From Nitrospirota bacterium (lineage in GTDB: Bacteria; Nitrospirota; Thermodesulfovibrionia; Thermodesulfovibrionales; JdFR-86), in assembly GCA_963721805.1 (NCBI GenBank), contig CAVRJY010000002.1:320001-384000 (forward strand): a stretch of DNA of 64,000 nt. The letters are read 5' to 3'. Made by a program: the position numbers and the translations under genes. The notes beneath the pieces were generated by a model. The model was not told the DNA's origin. It made no database searches and saw only the letters and a program-made list of their open reading frames with translations. Shown one piece after another: positions 54,627 through 64,000 of this stretch; within the stretch, counting starts at the first letter, position 1, and the number at the start of each line of letters is the position of its first letter.

Positions 54627-57065
54627 ATGTTTGAAAAGTTTACTGAGCGCGGTAGAAAAGTAATAATCTACGCGAAGGAAGAGGCCGAGCGCAGGCAGAA
54701 CGACTACCTCGGCACCGAGCACCTCCTCCTGGCCATCCTCCGGGACGAGGACTCCCTCCCAATATCCATTCTCAAGAAGATGGGTCTCTCGATCGAGGAC
54801 CTTAAAATGGAAATCGACCGCAACCTGCCCCTTGGGAGCAACATCCTGACGTTCGGGGACATCCCCTTCACGCCCAGGGCCAAAAAGGTCCTGGAACTCG
54901 CGGTAGAGGAGGCCCGGCTCCTGGGCCACAACTACATAGGCAGCGAGCACCTGCTGCTGGGCATCATCCGCGAAGACGAGGGCATAGCCGGAAAAATCCT
55001 TAGAAACTACGGCGCAAGCCTCCTTGGGGCCCGCCAGCTCGCTATCAACCTCTCGATGCGCGCCACTCCCTTTGTTAAGGAGAAAAAGAGCGCGACCCCG
55101 GCGTTGGACGAGTTCGGCCGGGACATCACGAGGCTCGCCAAGGACAAGGCCCTGGACCCCGTGATCGGGCGCGACTCGGAGATCGAGCGCGTGATGCAGA
55201 TCCTGGGCAGGAGGCTCAAGAACAACCCGGCCCTGATAGGCGAGCCCGGCGTGGGCAAGACCGCTATTGTGGAGGGCCTGGCCCAGAAGATAGTCGCGGG
55301 CGACGTGCCCGAAAACCTGCTTGGCAAGCGCATAGTCTCGCTGGATTTGGGCGGGCTGATAGCAGGGACGAAGTACCGCGGCCAGTTCGAGGAGCGGCTT
55401 AAGGTCGTTATGAAAGAAGTGGTAGCGGCCGACAACGTGATACTCTTCATCGACGAGTTTCACACCCTCGTCGGCGCGGGTGCGGCCGAGGGCTCGGTAG
55501 ACGCCTCGAGCATGCTGAAGCCCGCGCTCTCGCGCGGCGAGATCCAGTGCATCGGGACCTCGACCCCGAACGAGTACCGCAAGTACATCGAGAAGGACGG
55601 CGCGCTGGAGCGCAGGTTCCAGTCCGTCATGGTGCAGCCGCCGCAGAGCGACGTCGCGGTCGAGATACTGCTCGGCCTCAAGAGCAGGTACGAAAACCAC
55701 CACAAGGTGAAGTACACCGAGGACGCCCTAACGGGCGCGGTCAAGCTCGCAGAACGCTACATCCCGGACCGTTTCCTCCCGGATAAGGCCATAGACGTCA
55801 TCGACGAGACCGGCTCGCGCCTTAGGCTCAAGACCCATATGCAGCCGACCGAGATACGCGAGATGGAGCAGGACATGCAGCGGCTCGTGAAGGAGCGCAA
55901 CCTCTACGCCAAGCTCCACGACGTCGAGCGCTCGGCCTCCGTCCGCGACGAGGAGGAGCGCATCCGCCGCATCTACGACCAGCGCCTCTCGGAGTGGCGC
56001 GAGAACCTCTACAGGGAGGTCCCGGTCGTCTCGGAAGAGGACATAGCCTATACCGTGGCCAAGATGACCGGCATCCCGATCTTCAAGATCGAGGAGAAGG
56101 AGTCCGAGAAGCTCCTGCGCATGCACGAGTTCCTGCACAAGCGCATAGTCGGGCAGGACGAGGGCGTGATGGCCGTCGCCCGCGCGATCAAGCGCTCGCG
56201 CGCCGGGCTCAAGGGCAGAAAGCGCCCGATAGGGTCGTTCTTCTTCCTCGGCCCCACCGGGGTCGGGAAGACCGAGCTTGCGCGCGCGCTGGCGGAGTTC
56301 CTCTTTGACGACGAAAACGCGCTCATCAAGGTCGACATGTCGGAGTACATGGAGCGCTTCAACGTATCGAAGCTCACCGGCGCGCCTCCCGGCTACGTCG
56401 GGTACGAGGAGGGCGGGCAGCTCACCGAGAAGATCAGGAAGAAGCCTTACTCGGTCGTCCTGTTCGACGAGATAGAGAAGGCGCACCCGGACGTCTTCAA
56501 CATCCTCCTGCAAGTGCTGGACGAGGGAGTGCTGACCGATACCTACGGCCGCAAGGTCGACTTCAAAAACACGGTCATCATCATGACCTCGAATTTGGGC
56601 GCGAGGATCATCGACAAGTCCACGCCCCTGGGGTTCCAGAAGTCCTCGGACAATACGGTGTACACCCAGATCAAGGAAAACGTGCTCTCGGAGCTCAGGA
56701 AGACCTTCAACCCCGAGTTTTTAAACCGCGTGGACGATATCGTCGTGTTCCACCCGCTCGTCAAGGAGCACCTGATGAAGATCGTCGACCTGCTCGTGGA
56801 GGAGACGAACCGCCAGCTCATCGAGCAGGAGATCGTGCTCGAGCTGGACGTCGATGCGAAGGAATGGCTGATAAACAAGTACTTCCAGCCGGTCTACGGC
56901 GCGCGGCCGATGCGCAGGGCCGTGCAGAAAGAGATCGAGGACAAGCTCTCGGAGGAGATCCTCAAGGGCAAATTCAGGGGCGCAAACAAGATACGCATCG
57001 TCTTGGAGGGCAACGAACTGGGGTTCGTGCCCGTAGAGGTCCCGGTCCTTACCGGAGTAAATTGA
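54627..57065 (+). CDS. clpC: ATP-dependent Clp protease ATP-binding subunit ClpC
   Basis: MFEKFTE, Clp_N repeats, [26 protein letters not shown] loop, short middle domain. Confidence 0.95.
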   Translation: MFEKFTERGRKVIIYAKEEAERRQNDYLGTEHLLLAILRDEDSLPISILKKMGLSIEDLKMEIDRNLPLGSNILTFGDIPFTPRAKKVLELAVEEARLLGHNYIGSEHLLLGIIREDEGIAGKILRNYGASLLGARQLAINLSMRATPFVKEKKSATPALDEFGRDITRLAKDKALDPVIGRDSEIERVMQILGRRLKNNPALIGEPGVGKTAIVEGLAQKIVAGDVPENLLGKRIVSLDLGGLIAGTKYRGQFEERLKVVMKEVVAADNVILFIDEFHTLVGAGAAEGSVDASSMLKPALSRGEIQCIGTSTPNEYRKYIEKDGALERRFQSVMVQPPQSDVAVEILLGLKSRYENHHKVKYTEDALTGAVKLAERYIPDRFLPDKAIDVIDETGSRLRLKTHMQPTEIREMEQDMQRLVKERNLYAKLHDVERSASVRDEEERIRRIYDQRLSEWRENLYREVPVVSEEDIAYTVAKMTGIPIFKIEEKESEKLLRMHEFLHKRIVGQDEGVMAVARAIKRSRAGLKGRKRPIGSFFFLGPTGVGKTELARALAEFLFDDENALIKVDMSEYMERFNVSKLTGAPPGYVGYEEGGQLTEKIRKKPYSVVLFDEIEKAHPDVFNILLQVLDEGVLTDTYGRKVDFKNTVIIMTSNLGARIIDKSTPLGFQKSSDNTVYTQIKENVLSELRKTFNPEFLNRVDDIVVFHPLVKEHLMKIVDLLVEETNRQLIEQEIVLELDVDAKEWLINKYFQPVYGARPMRRAVQKEIEDKLSEEILKGKFRGANKIRIVLEGNELGFVPVEVPVLTGVN

Positions 57066-57628
57066 CCGCCCGCTTGACAGCAACCAGGGCCGGGGGCGCC
57101 GCATGGCGCCTCCGGCTTTTATTTGCGCTCGCCGCCCTCGCGCTCGTGCTGGGGGCCTGCAAGCCGACAGCCCCCAAGCCCGCAGCCCCGCTCGTTGAGG
57201 GCAGGCCGGCCCCGGTCTTCGCGACCAAGGACTTCAGCGGGCAGACCGTGGATATCGCGAGCTTCAGGGGCAAGGTCGTGCTCATTAACTTCTGGGCCAC
57301 GTGGTGCCCGCCGTGCAGGGGCGAGATACCCTCGCTCCAAAGGCTCTATGATACGCTCAAAGGAGACCCCTCGTTCGTGATGTACGGAGTGCTCTATAAG
57401 GACGACATCTCCGCGGCCAAGCGGTTCATGGCGCAGGGCGGGATAACGTTTCCGATGCTCAGCGACCCGGACTTTGTCGCGTCCTCGATATATGGCCTGA
57501 CCGGCGTGCCCGAGACCTACATCATCGACAAAAAAGGCATTCTCCGGAAGAAGATAATCGGCCCGGCGGAGTTCGACTCGCCCGCTGCTATCGCGTTCTT
57601 TAAGTCCCTTCTGTCCGAAGCCCCCTGA
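57062..57628 (+). CDS. TlpA/ResA-like thiol-disulfide oxidoreductase lipoprotein (start uncertain)
   Basis: LGAC lipobox, NFWATWCPPC, GVPETY. Confidence 0.88.
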   Translation: MTARLTATRAGGAAWRLRLLFALAALALVLGACKPTAPKPAAPLVEGRPAPVFATKDFSGQTVDIASFRGKVVLINFWATWCPPCRGEIPSLQRLYDTLKGDPSFVMYGVLYKDDISAAKRFMAQGGITFPMLSDPDFVASSIYGLTGVPETYIIDKKGILRKKIIGPAEFDSPAAIAFFKSLLSEAP

Positions 57629-57637
57629 CAGACGGCT

Positions 57638-59026
57638 CTAACCCAGCCGCTTCAGTATCTCTCTCGCCGCGACCACGCCTGACGCGGATGCCTGAATCAG
57701 CCCCCGGCTCACGCCCGCGCCGTCCCCGGCCGCGAAGAGGTTTCCGACCGGCGTCTCGAGATTCTCGGTCAGCCTCAGCTGCATCGAGTAGAACTTGACC
57801 TCTACGCCGTACAAAAGCGTATGGCGCGAGTTCACGCCCGGAGCTATGCGGTCGAGGGCCTCGAGCATTTCCAATATGTCCGCGAGGTAGCGGTAGGGTA
57901 TTACGAAGCTCAGGTCCCCGGGCGTGGCGTCTTTGAGCGTCGGGTGGACATGGCCCTTGGCGATGCGCTCGGGGGTCGAGCGGCGTCCGGCCCTCAGGTC
58001 GCCCAATCTTTGCACTATCACGCCCTTGCCGATGAAGTTCGCGAGGCCCGCGATGAAGCGGCCGTACTCTATCGGCTCGTTGAAGGGCTCGGTGAAGGTC
58101 GTGCTCACGAGCAGGGCGAAGTTCGTGTTGTTCGTGGTATGGTCCTCGTTGCTGTGGCCGTTGACGGTCCATGCGCCCTTGATGTGCTCCTTTACTACCT
58201 CGCCGTATGGGTTTACGCAGAACGTCCGCACGCGGTCGTCAAATAGTCTGGTGCTGTACAGGAGCTTCGGCTCGTACGCGGCCGAGGTCAGGTGTTCCAT
58301 CACCGAGGCCGGCAGTTCGACCCTCACCCCGATGTCGACCGGGTTTTGAAGCGTGGGGAGCTTGAGCCTCCGGCTTTCGCCTTCGAGCCATTTGGAGCCC
58401 TCGCGGCCCGGCGCTAGTATGACGTAATCGGCCCGGTGCTCCGCGCCGCCTGAGAGCCTCACGCCCGCGGCCCGGCCGTGCTCGGTCAGGACGCGCTCGG
58501 CCTGGGTATCGAAGAGCACCCGGACCCTGGCCTTATCGAGCCAGAGCTGCATCTTTTTGAGCACCTTGAGGCAGCGGTCGGTGCCAATATGGCGTATGCG
58601 CGTGGGGACGAACTCGAGGTCGTTCTTCGATGCCAGCCGGATGAACTCAGCGGTGCGCTCCGGGTCGCCGCCGAAGACTTTGTTCGGGGCGCCGAACCTT
58701 ACGTATGCCGCGTCGACGTACGCGATCATCTCCTCGAGGCGGGCGCGGTCCATGTAGCTTAAAAGGTGGCCGCCTATATCGGGGGATAGCGTGAGCTTGC
58801 CGTCGCTGAACGCCCCGGCCCCGCCCCATCCGCTGATGATCGAGCACTCAGGGCACGAGGCGCACGGGACGTTGTGAGCCTTCATCGGGCAGACCCGTTT
58901 ATCGAGGTCGCGGCCCTTCTCGACCATAAGTATCTTTAGATCTTTCCTGGCTGACGCAAGCTCCATCGCCGCGAATATCCCGGCCGGGCCGGTGCCAACT
59001 ATTATGACGTCGAAATCTTTTTTCAT
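57638..59026 (-). CDS. FAD-dependent oxidoreductase (COG2509-like)
   Basis: IVGTGPAG, GWGGAGAFSDGKL, RHIGTD, VRTFC.NP, GDGAG. Confidence 0.88.
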   Translation of the reverse strand: MKKDFDVIIVGTGPAGIFAAMELASARKDLKILMVEKGRDLDKRVCPMKAHNVPCASCPECSIISGWGGAGAFSDGKLTLSPDIGGHLLSYMDRARLEEMIAYVDAAYVRFGAPNKVFGGDPERTAEFIRLASKNDLEFVPTRIRHIGTDRCLKVLKKMQLWLDKARVRVLFDTQAERVLTEHGRAAGVRLSGGAEHRADYVILAPGREGSKWLEGESRRLKLPTLQNPVDIGVRVELPASVMEHLTSAAYEPKLLYSTRLFDDRVRTFCVNPYGEVVKEHIKGAWTVNGHSNEDHTTNNTNFALLVSTTFTEPFNEPIEYGRFIAGLANFIGKGVIVQRLGDLRAGRRSTPERIAKGHVHPTLKDATPGDLSFVIPYRYLADILEMLEALDRIAPGVNSRHTLLYGVEVKFYSMQLRLTENLETPVGNLFAAGDGAGVSRGLIQASASGVVAAREILKRLG

Positions 59027-59030
59027 CGGG

Positions 59031-59429
59031 TCAGTCCGCCATGAGCTTGATTGTTGCGCGCCGGCTGCGCGGTCCGTCGAACTCGCAGAAATATACCGCC
59101 TGCCACGTGCCGAGGCCGAGCCTGCCGCCCTCTACCGGGATCGTGCAGCTTGATCCCATGAGCGAGGCCTTGATGTGGGCGTCGGAGTTGCCCTCGGCGT
59201 GTCTGAAGCCGTGCTCGTGCGGGACGAGGTGGGTCAGGTGGGCGTTGACGTCGCGCTGCACCTCCGGGTCCGCGCCTTCGTTGATCGTAACCCCGGCGGT
59301 CGTATGCGGCACATATACCACGCAGATGCCGTCTTCGATCCCGGATTCACCGAGCGTAGCGGCCACCTGCGAGGTTATGTCGATGAACTCTATCCTCTGC
59401 CTGCTATTGATGCCTATGTGCTTGATCAT
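59031..59429 (-). CDS. yjbQ: YjbQ/UPF0047 family protein
   Basis: PHTTAGVTINE, H.EGNSDAHIK, LGTWQ..FCEFDGPR. Confidence 0.92.
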   Translation of the reverse strand: MIKHIGINSRQRIEFIDITSQVAATLGESGIEDGICVVYVPHTTAGVTINEGADPEVQRDVNAHLTHLVPHEHGFRHAEGNSDAHIKASLMGSSCTIPVEGGRLGLGTWQAVYFCEFDGPRSRRATIKLMAD

Positions 59430-60429
59430 CCGGGCCTCCAAGCAGCAGGTCGTAAAACCCCGCGTCGACTACGAAATCCATGAGCACCCAGCAGAGGTTG
59501 GAGGACAGCTCCATATTTCCAGGCAGCTTGCCGCCGGGCAGCCTCATTATATCCTTTTCTGTCGTGATCGTCCACGAGGCGTTCAGGCGGGCCGCCTCGG
59601 CCGCGATATGGCGGATATCAGCCTCTGTGTATGCGTGGTGGTCGGCGTATTGCGCGTGGCCCGCGACCTCCACCCCGACGGACTTAAGCGTGGCCATGAA
59701 CGAGTCCGGGTCTCCGATGCCGCTGAAGGCATAGGCCGTTTTACCGCTCAGCGCGTCCGGGGCCATCGTCTCGCCCGAAGCGGTGCGTATGCCGGTTACC
59801 GCATGCGAGGCACGGTATATCGGGACGTCCGGGCTCCGGTGGAGAACCTCGCGCTGCAGCACCGAGGTATCGACGCCCTCGCTCTTCGTGAGCACGACCG
59901 CGTCGGCGCGAGTGATGGCCGAGAGCGGCTCGCGCAGCAGGCCCATCGGCAGCAGCCGCTCGTTGTCAAAGGGGTCGGTAGAGTTAATCAGCAGGACGTC
60001 GATGTCGCGCATAAGCTCGCGGTGCTGGAACCCGTCGTCTAATATGAAGAGATCCGGCGGCGGAGCGAGCTTGTCCAACGCAAAAAGCCCGGAGCGGTAT
60101 CTGTTGCGCCCAGCCACTACCGGTATCTCGAATCGGAGCCTCCCGGCCATCAGGAGCGGCTCGTCGCCGACATCCGCCGCGCGCATTCCTTCTTTGATGA
60201 TCACGGCGTCCCTGACGCCTGCCTTGTACCCCCGCGTGAGGATGCAGGGCCGAAGCCCGCGCCTGCGGGCCTCCGTGGCGAGCGCGACGGTGCAGGGCGT
60301 CTTCCCGGTGCCCCCGGTCGTGATGTTGCCGATGCTGATGACCTTGACCGGGAGCGCCTTTCTCAGAATGCGCTTTCTGAGCGCGTCGAGTCTGAGGCCC
60401 AGGTAGTATATGAACTCGAAAAGTCCCAT
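59404..60429 (-). CDS. lpxK: Tetraacyldisaccharide 4'-kinase
   Basis: GNITTGGTGKTP, RGY, GDEP, LDDGFQH, TTEKD. Confidence 0.96.
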   Translation of the reverse strand: MGLFEFIYYLGLRLDALRKRILRKALPVKVISIGNITTGGTGKTPCTVALATEARRRGLRPCILTRGYKAGVRDAVIIKEGMRAADVGDEPLLMAGRLRFEIPVVAGRNRYRSGLFALDKLAPPPDLFILDDGFQHRELMRDIDVLLINSTDPFDNERLLPMGLLREPLSAITRADAVVLTKSEGVDTSVLQREVLHRSPDVPIYRASHAVTGIRTASGETMAPDALSGKTAYAFSGIGDPDSFMATLKSVGVEVAGHAQYADHHAYTEADIRHIAAEAARLNASWTITTEKDIMRLPGGKLPGNMELSSNLCWVLMDFVVDAGFYDLLLGGPDDQAHRHQ

Positions 60430-61691
60430 CAGACCCCCACGCGCCTTTCGATCTCGTTAAGCGCCCTTGCGGTCGCGCCCTGGTTTTTCATCATCAGCTC
60501 GCGCGCGCGGCTGCCTATGGCCTCGCGCCTTTCGGGGTCTTTTAATAACGAGAGCAGGGCCTCACGGAGGCCCTCACCGGTAGTAGCTATTACAGCCCCG
60601 CGCTCGATGAACTCCTTCACGAACGGGAAGTTCCACATGTTCGGGCCGCAGAGGACTGTCTTGCCCCAGTATGCGGGCTCAAGCGGGTTTTGCCCGCCGT
60701 GCGGGATGAAGCTCCCGCCGATTATCACGAGGCCGGCCGACTTGTACACGGACGATAGCTCGCCCACGGTATCGAGCAGCACTACGGCCGCATCGATCGC
60801 GGTGGCGCCGTCCGCGATCGCGGAGCGCCTGACGAAAGGTATGCCCCTGAGCTTCAGCATCGCGGCCACCGCATCACATCGCTCCGGGTGGCGCGGGGCC
60901 AGCACGAGGCGCAGTCCCACTACCTCCGGGACAAGCCGCATGTAAGCGTCCGCGACCAGTTCCTCCTCGCCGCGGTGCGTGCTGCCCGCGACGATCATAG
61001 GCCCGTTGCCCGCTATCAGCCCGGGCCAGGTCAGGGCCCTCTCGACAGGCTTTTTCATGTCGAATTTCAGGCTCCCGGTCACGGTTACGCGGCCCTCATC
61101 GGCGCCCATCCCGATTATCCTCCGGGCGTAGAGCTCGTCCTGCATACAATAGAGCGCCACGCGGCCCAGAAGCCCGCGCAGCAGCGGCCTGATCCTCATA
61201 TAGCCCTTGAATGATTTGTCCGATATCCGGCCGTTTAGGAGCACTATAGGCACCCCGGCCCTGTCGAGGGATCTAAACATGTTGGGCCAGAGTTCGGTCT
61301 CCATGTTAACGAACAGGGTGGGGCGGTGGAGGCGCACCGCGCGGCTGAAGATGATGCCCAGGTCCAGCGGGAGGTATATGACCTTCGCGATGCCGCCGAG
61401 CCGTTCGCGCGCGACCGCCTGCCCGGTGTCGGTCACGGTCGATATAATTACTCTGTATCCGGGGTGGCGATCCCTGAATGCGGCGATGAAGTCAGATGCG
61501 GCTATCGCCTCGCCTACCGATACCGCATGGACCCAGAGCGTCTTGCCGGCGGGCTCTGGAGATGGGGCCTCCGGCCCCCCCAGCTTCTCCCTGAGCCAGC
61601 GGCCCCGCGCCTCGGCCGGGCGCTTCAGATACTCCCTGGGCAGGATTATGATGTGCGCCAGCAGATATACGAGGCTATAGATCAACCGCAT
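60429..61691 (-). CDS. waaA: Kdo transferase
   Basis: WVHAVSVGE, ETELWPN, GSTH.GEE, PRHPER, GGQNPLEPA. Confidence 0.96.
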   Translation of the reverse strand: MRLIYSLVYLLAHIIILPREYLKRPAEARGRWLREKLGGPEAPSPEPAGKTLWVHAVSVGEAIAASDFIAAFRDRHPGYRVIISTVTDTGQAVARERLGGIAKVIYLPLDLGIIFSRAVRLHRPTLFVNMETELWPNMFRSLDRAGVPIVLLNGRISDKSFKGYMRIRPLLRGLLGRVALYCMQDELYARRIIGMGADEGRVTVTGSLKFDMKKPVERALTWPGLIAGNGPMIVAGSTHRGEEELVADAYMRLVPEVVGLRLVLAPRHPERCDAVAAMLKLRGIPFVRRSAIADGATAIDAAVVLLDTVGELSSVYKSAGLVIIGGSFIPHGGQNPLEPAYWGKTVLCGPNMWNFPFVKEFIERGAVIATTGEGLREALLSLLKDPERREAIGSRARELMMKNQGATARALNEIERRVGV

Positions 61692-63444
61692 CGATATCGA
61701 CGAAGACCGCGCCGCCGAACTGCAGGTCGTGGAGCCGCCTGTACATCCCGCCCAGCTCTATGAGCTCGGCGTGCGTGCCGGTCTCGACGATCCTGCCGTG
61801 GTCGAGCACGACGATGCGGTCGGCCATCTTGATGGTCGAAAGCCTGTGGGCGATGATGAAGATCGTCTTCTTCTCGGTTGTCCGGCCGCCCTCGAGTATG
61901 AGCCTGTCGAGGGCCTTCTGCACCATCATCTCGCTCTCGGTGTCGAGGGCGGAGGTCGCCTCGTCCAGTATCAGGATCTGCGGGTCGTTGAGTATCGCGC
62001 GCGCTATCGAGAGCCTCTGGCGCTGGCCGCCCGAGAGCATCACGCCGCCTTCGCCGATCATCGTGTCGTAGCCGTTGGGGAGCGTGATTATGAACTCGTG
62101 CGCATATGCCGCCTTGGAGGCGCTGAGCATCTCTTCCTCGCTGGCGTCGCCGCGCCCGTATACGATGTTGGCGCGCAGGGTGTCGTTAAACAGCAGCACC
62201 TGCTGGCTGACTATCCCGATCTGCGAGCGCAGGGAGCGCAGCGTCATCTCGTTGATGTCGACGCCGTCGATCTTGATCCTGCCCTCCTGCGGGAGGTAGA
62301 ACTTCGCCAACAGGTCGACCATCGTCGTCTTGCCCGAGCCGCTGCGGCCGACCAGCGCGATCACCTCGCCCTTTTTTACCTTGAGGTTGATGTGTTCCAG
62401 AGCGTCCACCTGGCGGCTCTTGTACCGGAACGATACGTCCTGAAACTCGATGGACTCCCTGACCGGCGGCGCCTCGAACCCGCCTTCGGGCTCCGGGGCT
62501 TGCGACAGGACCTGCTCGATGCGGGCCATATAGGCATCCGCGCGCTTAAATGCGTTGCTGGCCTCCGCGAGCTTCTTGGCGGGCGCATAGATCATCATCA
62601 CCGCCGCGATGAGCGACAGGAAATCCCCGGTCGTGATGGCGTGGTCGTTTATGAGCTTCCCGCCGTAGAGGACTATGATCGCGACCCCTATGCCGGAGAT
62701 GAAGTCCATGGCAAACGACGTGGCCTCATCGAGCCTCGTCCCGCGCATCTGCTGGCGGTAGTACTCGTGGCTCTTGTGCCAGAAGCGGTCGCTCTCGGCC
62801 TGCTCCATCGAAAAGGACTTTATGACCCTGAGGGCGATCAGCCCCTCAGAGAGTATCTCGGTCAGGCGCGCCACGTGCCTTTGCGTGCGCTCCGAAACTA
62901 TCCTGAGCTTGTTGCCGATATTCCTCACCACGTAAAACGAAAACGGCAGGACCGTCAGGGCCAGCAGCGTGAGGTCCCACCTGCGGTACATTGCGACTGT
63001 GATGAGCACGACGATCGTCCCCCCGCTTACGAAGACGTCCTTGATCTTGTCGACCAGCAGGCGCTGGAGCATGCCGGCGTCGTTTAATATCCTCGATACC
63101 ATCTTGCCGGAGGAGTTTGTGCCGTAATGGCCCATCGGCAGGCGGAGCATGTGGGCGAACAGCTTGTTGCGCATGTCGCGGACCAGCTTGTTTCCGATGG
63201 ACCGCATCAGGTAGTTCTGGATGAAGCCGAACGCGCCCTTGGTGAAGAACAGCGCCACGATGCCCATTGCGATATAGAAAAGGAACATCGTGTCGTGCGC
63301 CACGAATACGTTGTCGATCATCGGCTTTACGAGCCATGCCATCGCGCCGTTGATCCCCGATAGCAGCAGGCCGCAGAGCGCCGCCGCTATCATCGGGACC
63401 CAGTAGGCCCGCACCATCAAGATGAATTTCTTTAACCTAGCCAT
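61675..63444 (-). CDS. msbA: Lipid A ABC flippase MsbA
   Basis: TM domain plus GRSGSGKT, LSGGQRQR, DEATS; lpx gene context. Confidence 0.9.
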   Translation of the reverse strand: MARLKKFILMVRAYWVPMIAAALCGLLLSGINGAMAWLVKPMIDNVFVAHDTMFLFYIAMGIVALFFTKGAFGFIQNYLMRSIGNKLVRDMRNKLFAHMLRLPMGHYGTNSSGKMVSRILNDAGMLQRLLVDKIKDVFVSGGTIVVLITVAMYRRWDLTLLALTVLPFSFYVVRNIGNKLRIVSERTQRHVARLTEILSEGLIALRVIKSFSMEQAESDRFWHKSHEYYRQQMRGTRLDEATSFAMDFISGIGVAIIVLYGGKLINDHAITTGDFLSLIAAVMMIYAPAKKLAEASNAFKRADAYMARIEQVLSQAPEPEGGFEAPPVRESIEFQDVSFRYKSRQVDALEHINLKVKKGEVIALVGRSGSGKTTMVDLLAKFYLPQEGRIKIDGVDINEMTLRSLRSQIGIVSQQVLLFNDTLRANIVYGRGDASEEEMLSASKAAYAHEFIITLPNGYDTMIGEGGVMLSGGQRQRLSIARAILNDPQILILDEATSALDTESEMMVQKALDRLILEGGRTTEKKTIFIIAHRLSTIKMADRIVVLDHGRIVETGTHAELIELGGMYRRLHDLQFGGAVFVDIDAVDL

Positions 63445-64000
63445 CCGGCCATCTCCCCGACTATCGCGGCCACCCGGGCCGACGGATGTTTTCCCTCGAA
63501 TATCCCGCGCACCGTGCGCAGGTCCTTGAGCATATTGTCCCGGTATGCGGCGTCCCCGAGCAGCCTGCCGATCTCGGCCATCACCCCGGCCTCGCCGGCT
63601 TTGTCCTGTATGAGCTCAACGACGGCAGACCGGCCGAGCACGAGGTTCGTGATCGTTATGTGTTTTATCTTGAGTATCAGCCTGGCTATCCAGTACGTTA
63701 CCGGGGCCACCCGGTATACAATGACCATCGGCGTGCCGGTGAGCGTGGCCTGAAGCGAAGAAGTCCCCGAGGTTATCACCGCGGCCTCGGAGGCGGCGAG
63801 CGCGACGACCGCGTTTACGCCCCTGAGCACGAGGACGCCCTCGCGCTCGAACTCCCCCAGCCCGGCCTCATACCGCGCCGCGTCGAGGTTCGGCGCAAGC
63901 GGCATGAGCAGGCGGTACCCCGGGTAGTCAGTTTTCAAGCGCCGGGCCACCTGAAGAAACAGCGGGAGCATGTATTTAAGCTCCGTAGGCCGGCTGCCGG
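63432..64000 (-). CDS. lpxB: Lipid-A-disaccharide synthase, 5' truncated by the window edge
   Basis: GSR.TEL, SGT.SL, PMVIVY, ELIQ; upstream of msbA. Confidence 0.9.
   Translation of the reverse strand, partial: GSRPTELKYMLPLFLQVARRLKTDYPGYRLLMPLAPNLDAARYEAGLGEFEREGVLVLRGVNAVVALAASEAAVITSGTSSLQATLTGTPMVIVYRVAPVTYWIARLILKIKHITITNLVLGRSAVVELIQDKAGEAGVMAEIGRLLGDAAYRDNMLKDLRTVRGIFEGKHPSARVAAIVGEMAGWLG

Noticed and set aside
24600..63800. Many long antisense and alternate-frame ORFs (e.g. 39447-40775, 54606-55703, 61729-63087)
   Set aside because: They are shadows of high-GC3 genes on the opposite strand, with no motifs
1..64000. CRISPR array or cas genes
   Set aside because: No regularly spaced 25-45 bp repeats with unique spacers were seen. 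The CHAT and RuvC-like genes lack Cas7-11 or TnpB/Cas12 context and motifs.

Overview
The window is bacterial chromosome, probably Nitrospirota or deltaproteobacteria-like (my impression from ClpC, the lpx genes and codon style, not a database result). It has two parts. (1) About 1-22 kb is AT-richer accessory DNA made of two adjacent tRNA-targeted islands. Island 1 starts before the window and ends at a 3' fragment of tRNA-Leu(TAA) at 12033-12086. It carries a serine-recombinase tail, XRE/HTH/RuvC-like genes, a lipoprotein TPR-CHAT protease, a PIN toxin-antitoxin pair, and a replication-relaxation gene plus VirD4-like ATPase preceded by a large nested inverted repeat. Island 2 (12193-21942, about 9.7 kb) is a complete capsid-less phage-satellite-like element in tRNA-Val(GAC). 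It encodes a tyrosine integrase, XRE, an excisionase, three tandem paralogous small proteins, a TerS-like HTH protein and a Toprim primase-DUF3987 fusion. Its main operon is preceded by a perfect sigma-54 -24/-12 promoter and an IHF consensus site, and faces a self-encoded GAFTGA enhancer-binding protein with its own sigma-70 promoter. This sigma-54 switch is the top candidate for an undescribed system. (2) About 22-64 kb is mostly GC-rich DNA: an acyltransferase, LuxR, a 1320-aa Ig-repeat surface protein, a transglutaminase-like protein, histidine kinases, a receiver-NuoE fusion with atypical NuoF/NuoG-like subunits, a GGDEF protein, mutL, argH, hypAB, four copies of a structured repeat of about 123 bp (one interrupted by IS30), aconitase, a selenocysteine formate dehydrogenase alpha subunit with SECIS, clpC, a TlpA-like protein and lpxB-msbA-waaA-lpxK. 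Several single-base frameshifts, including in mutL and argH, are probably consensus errors. All calls are by-eye motif recognition; no searches were run.
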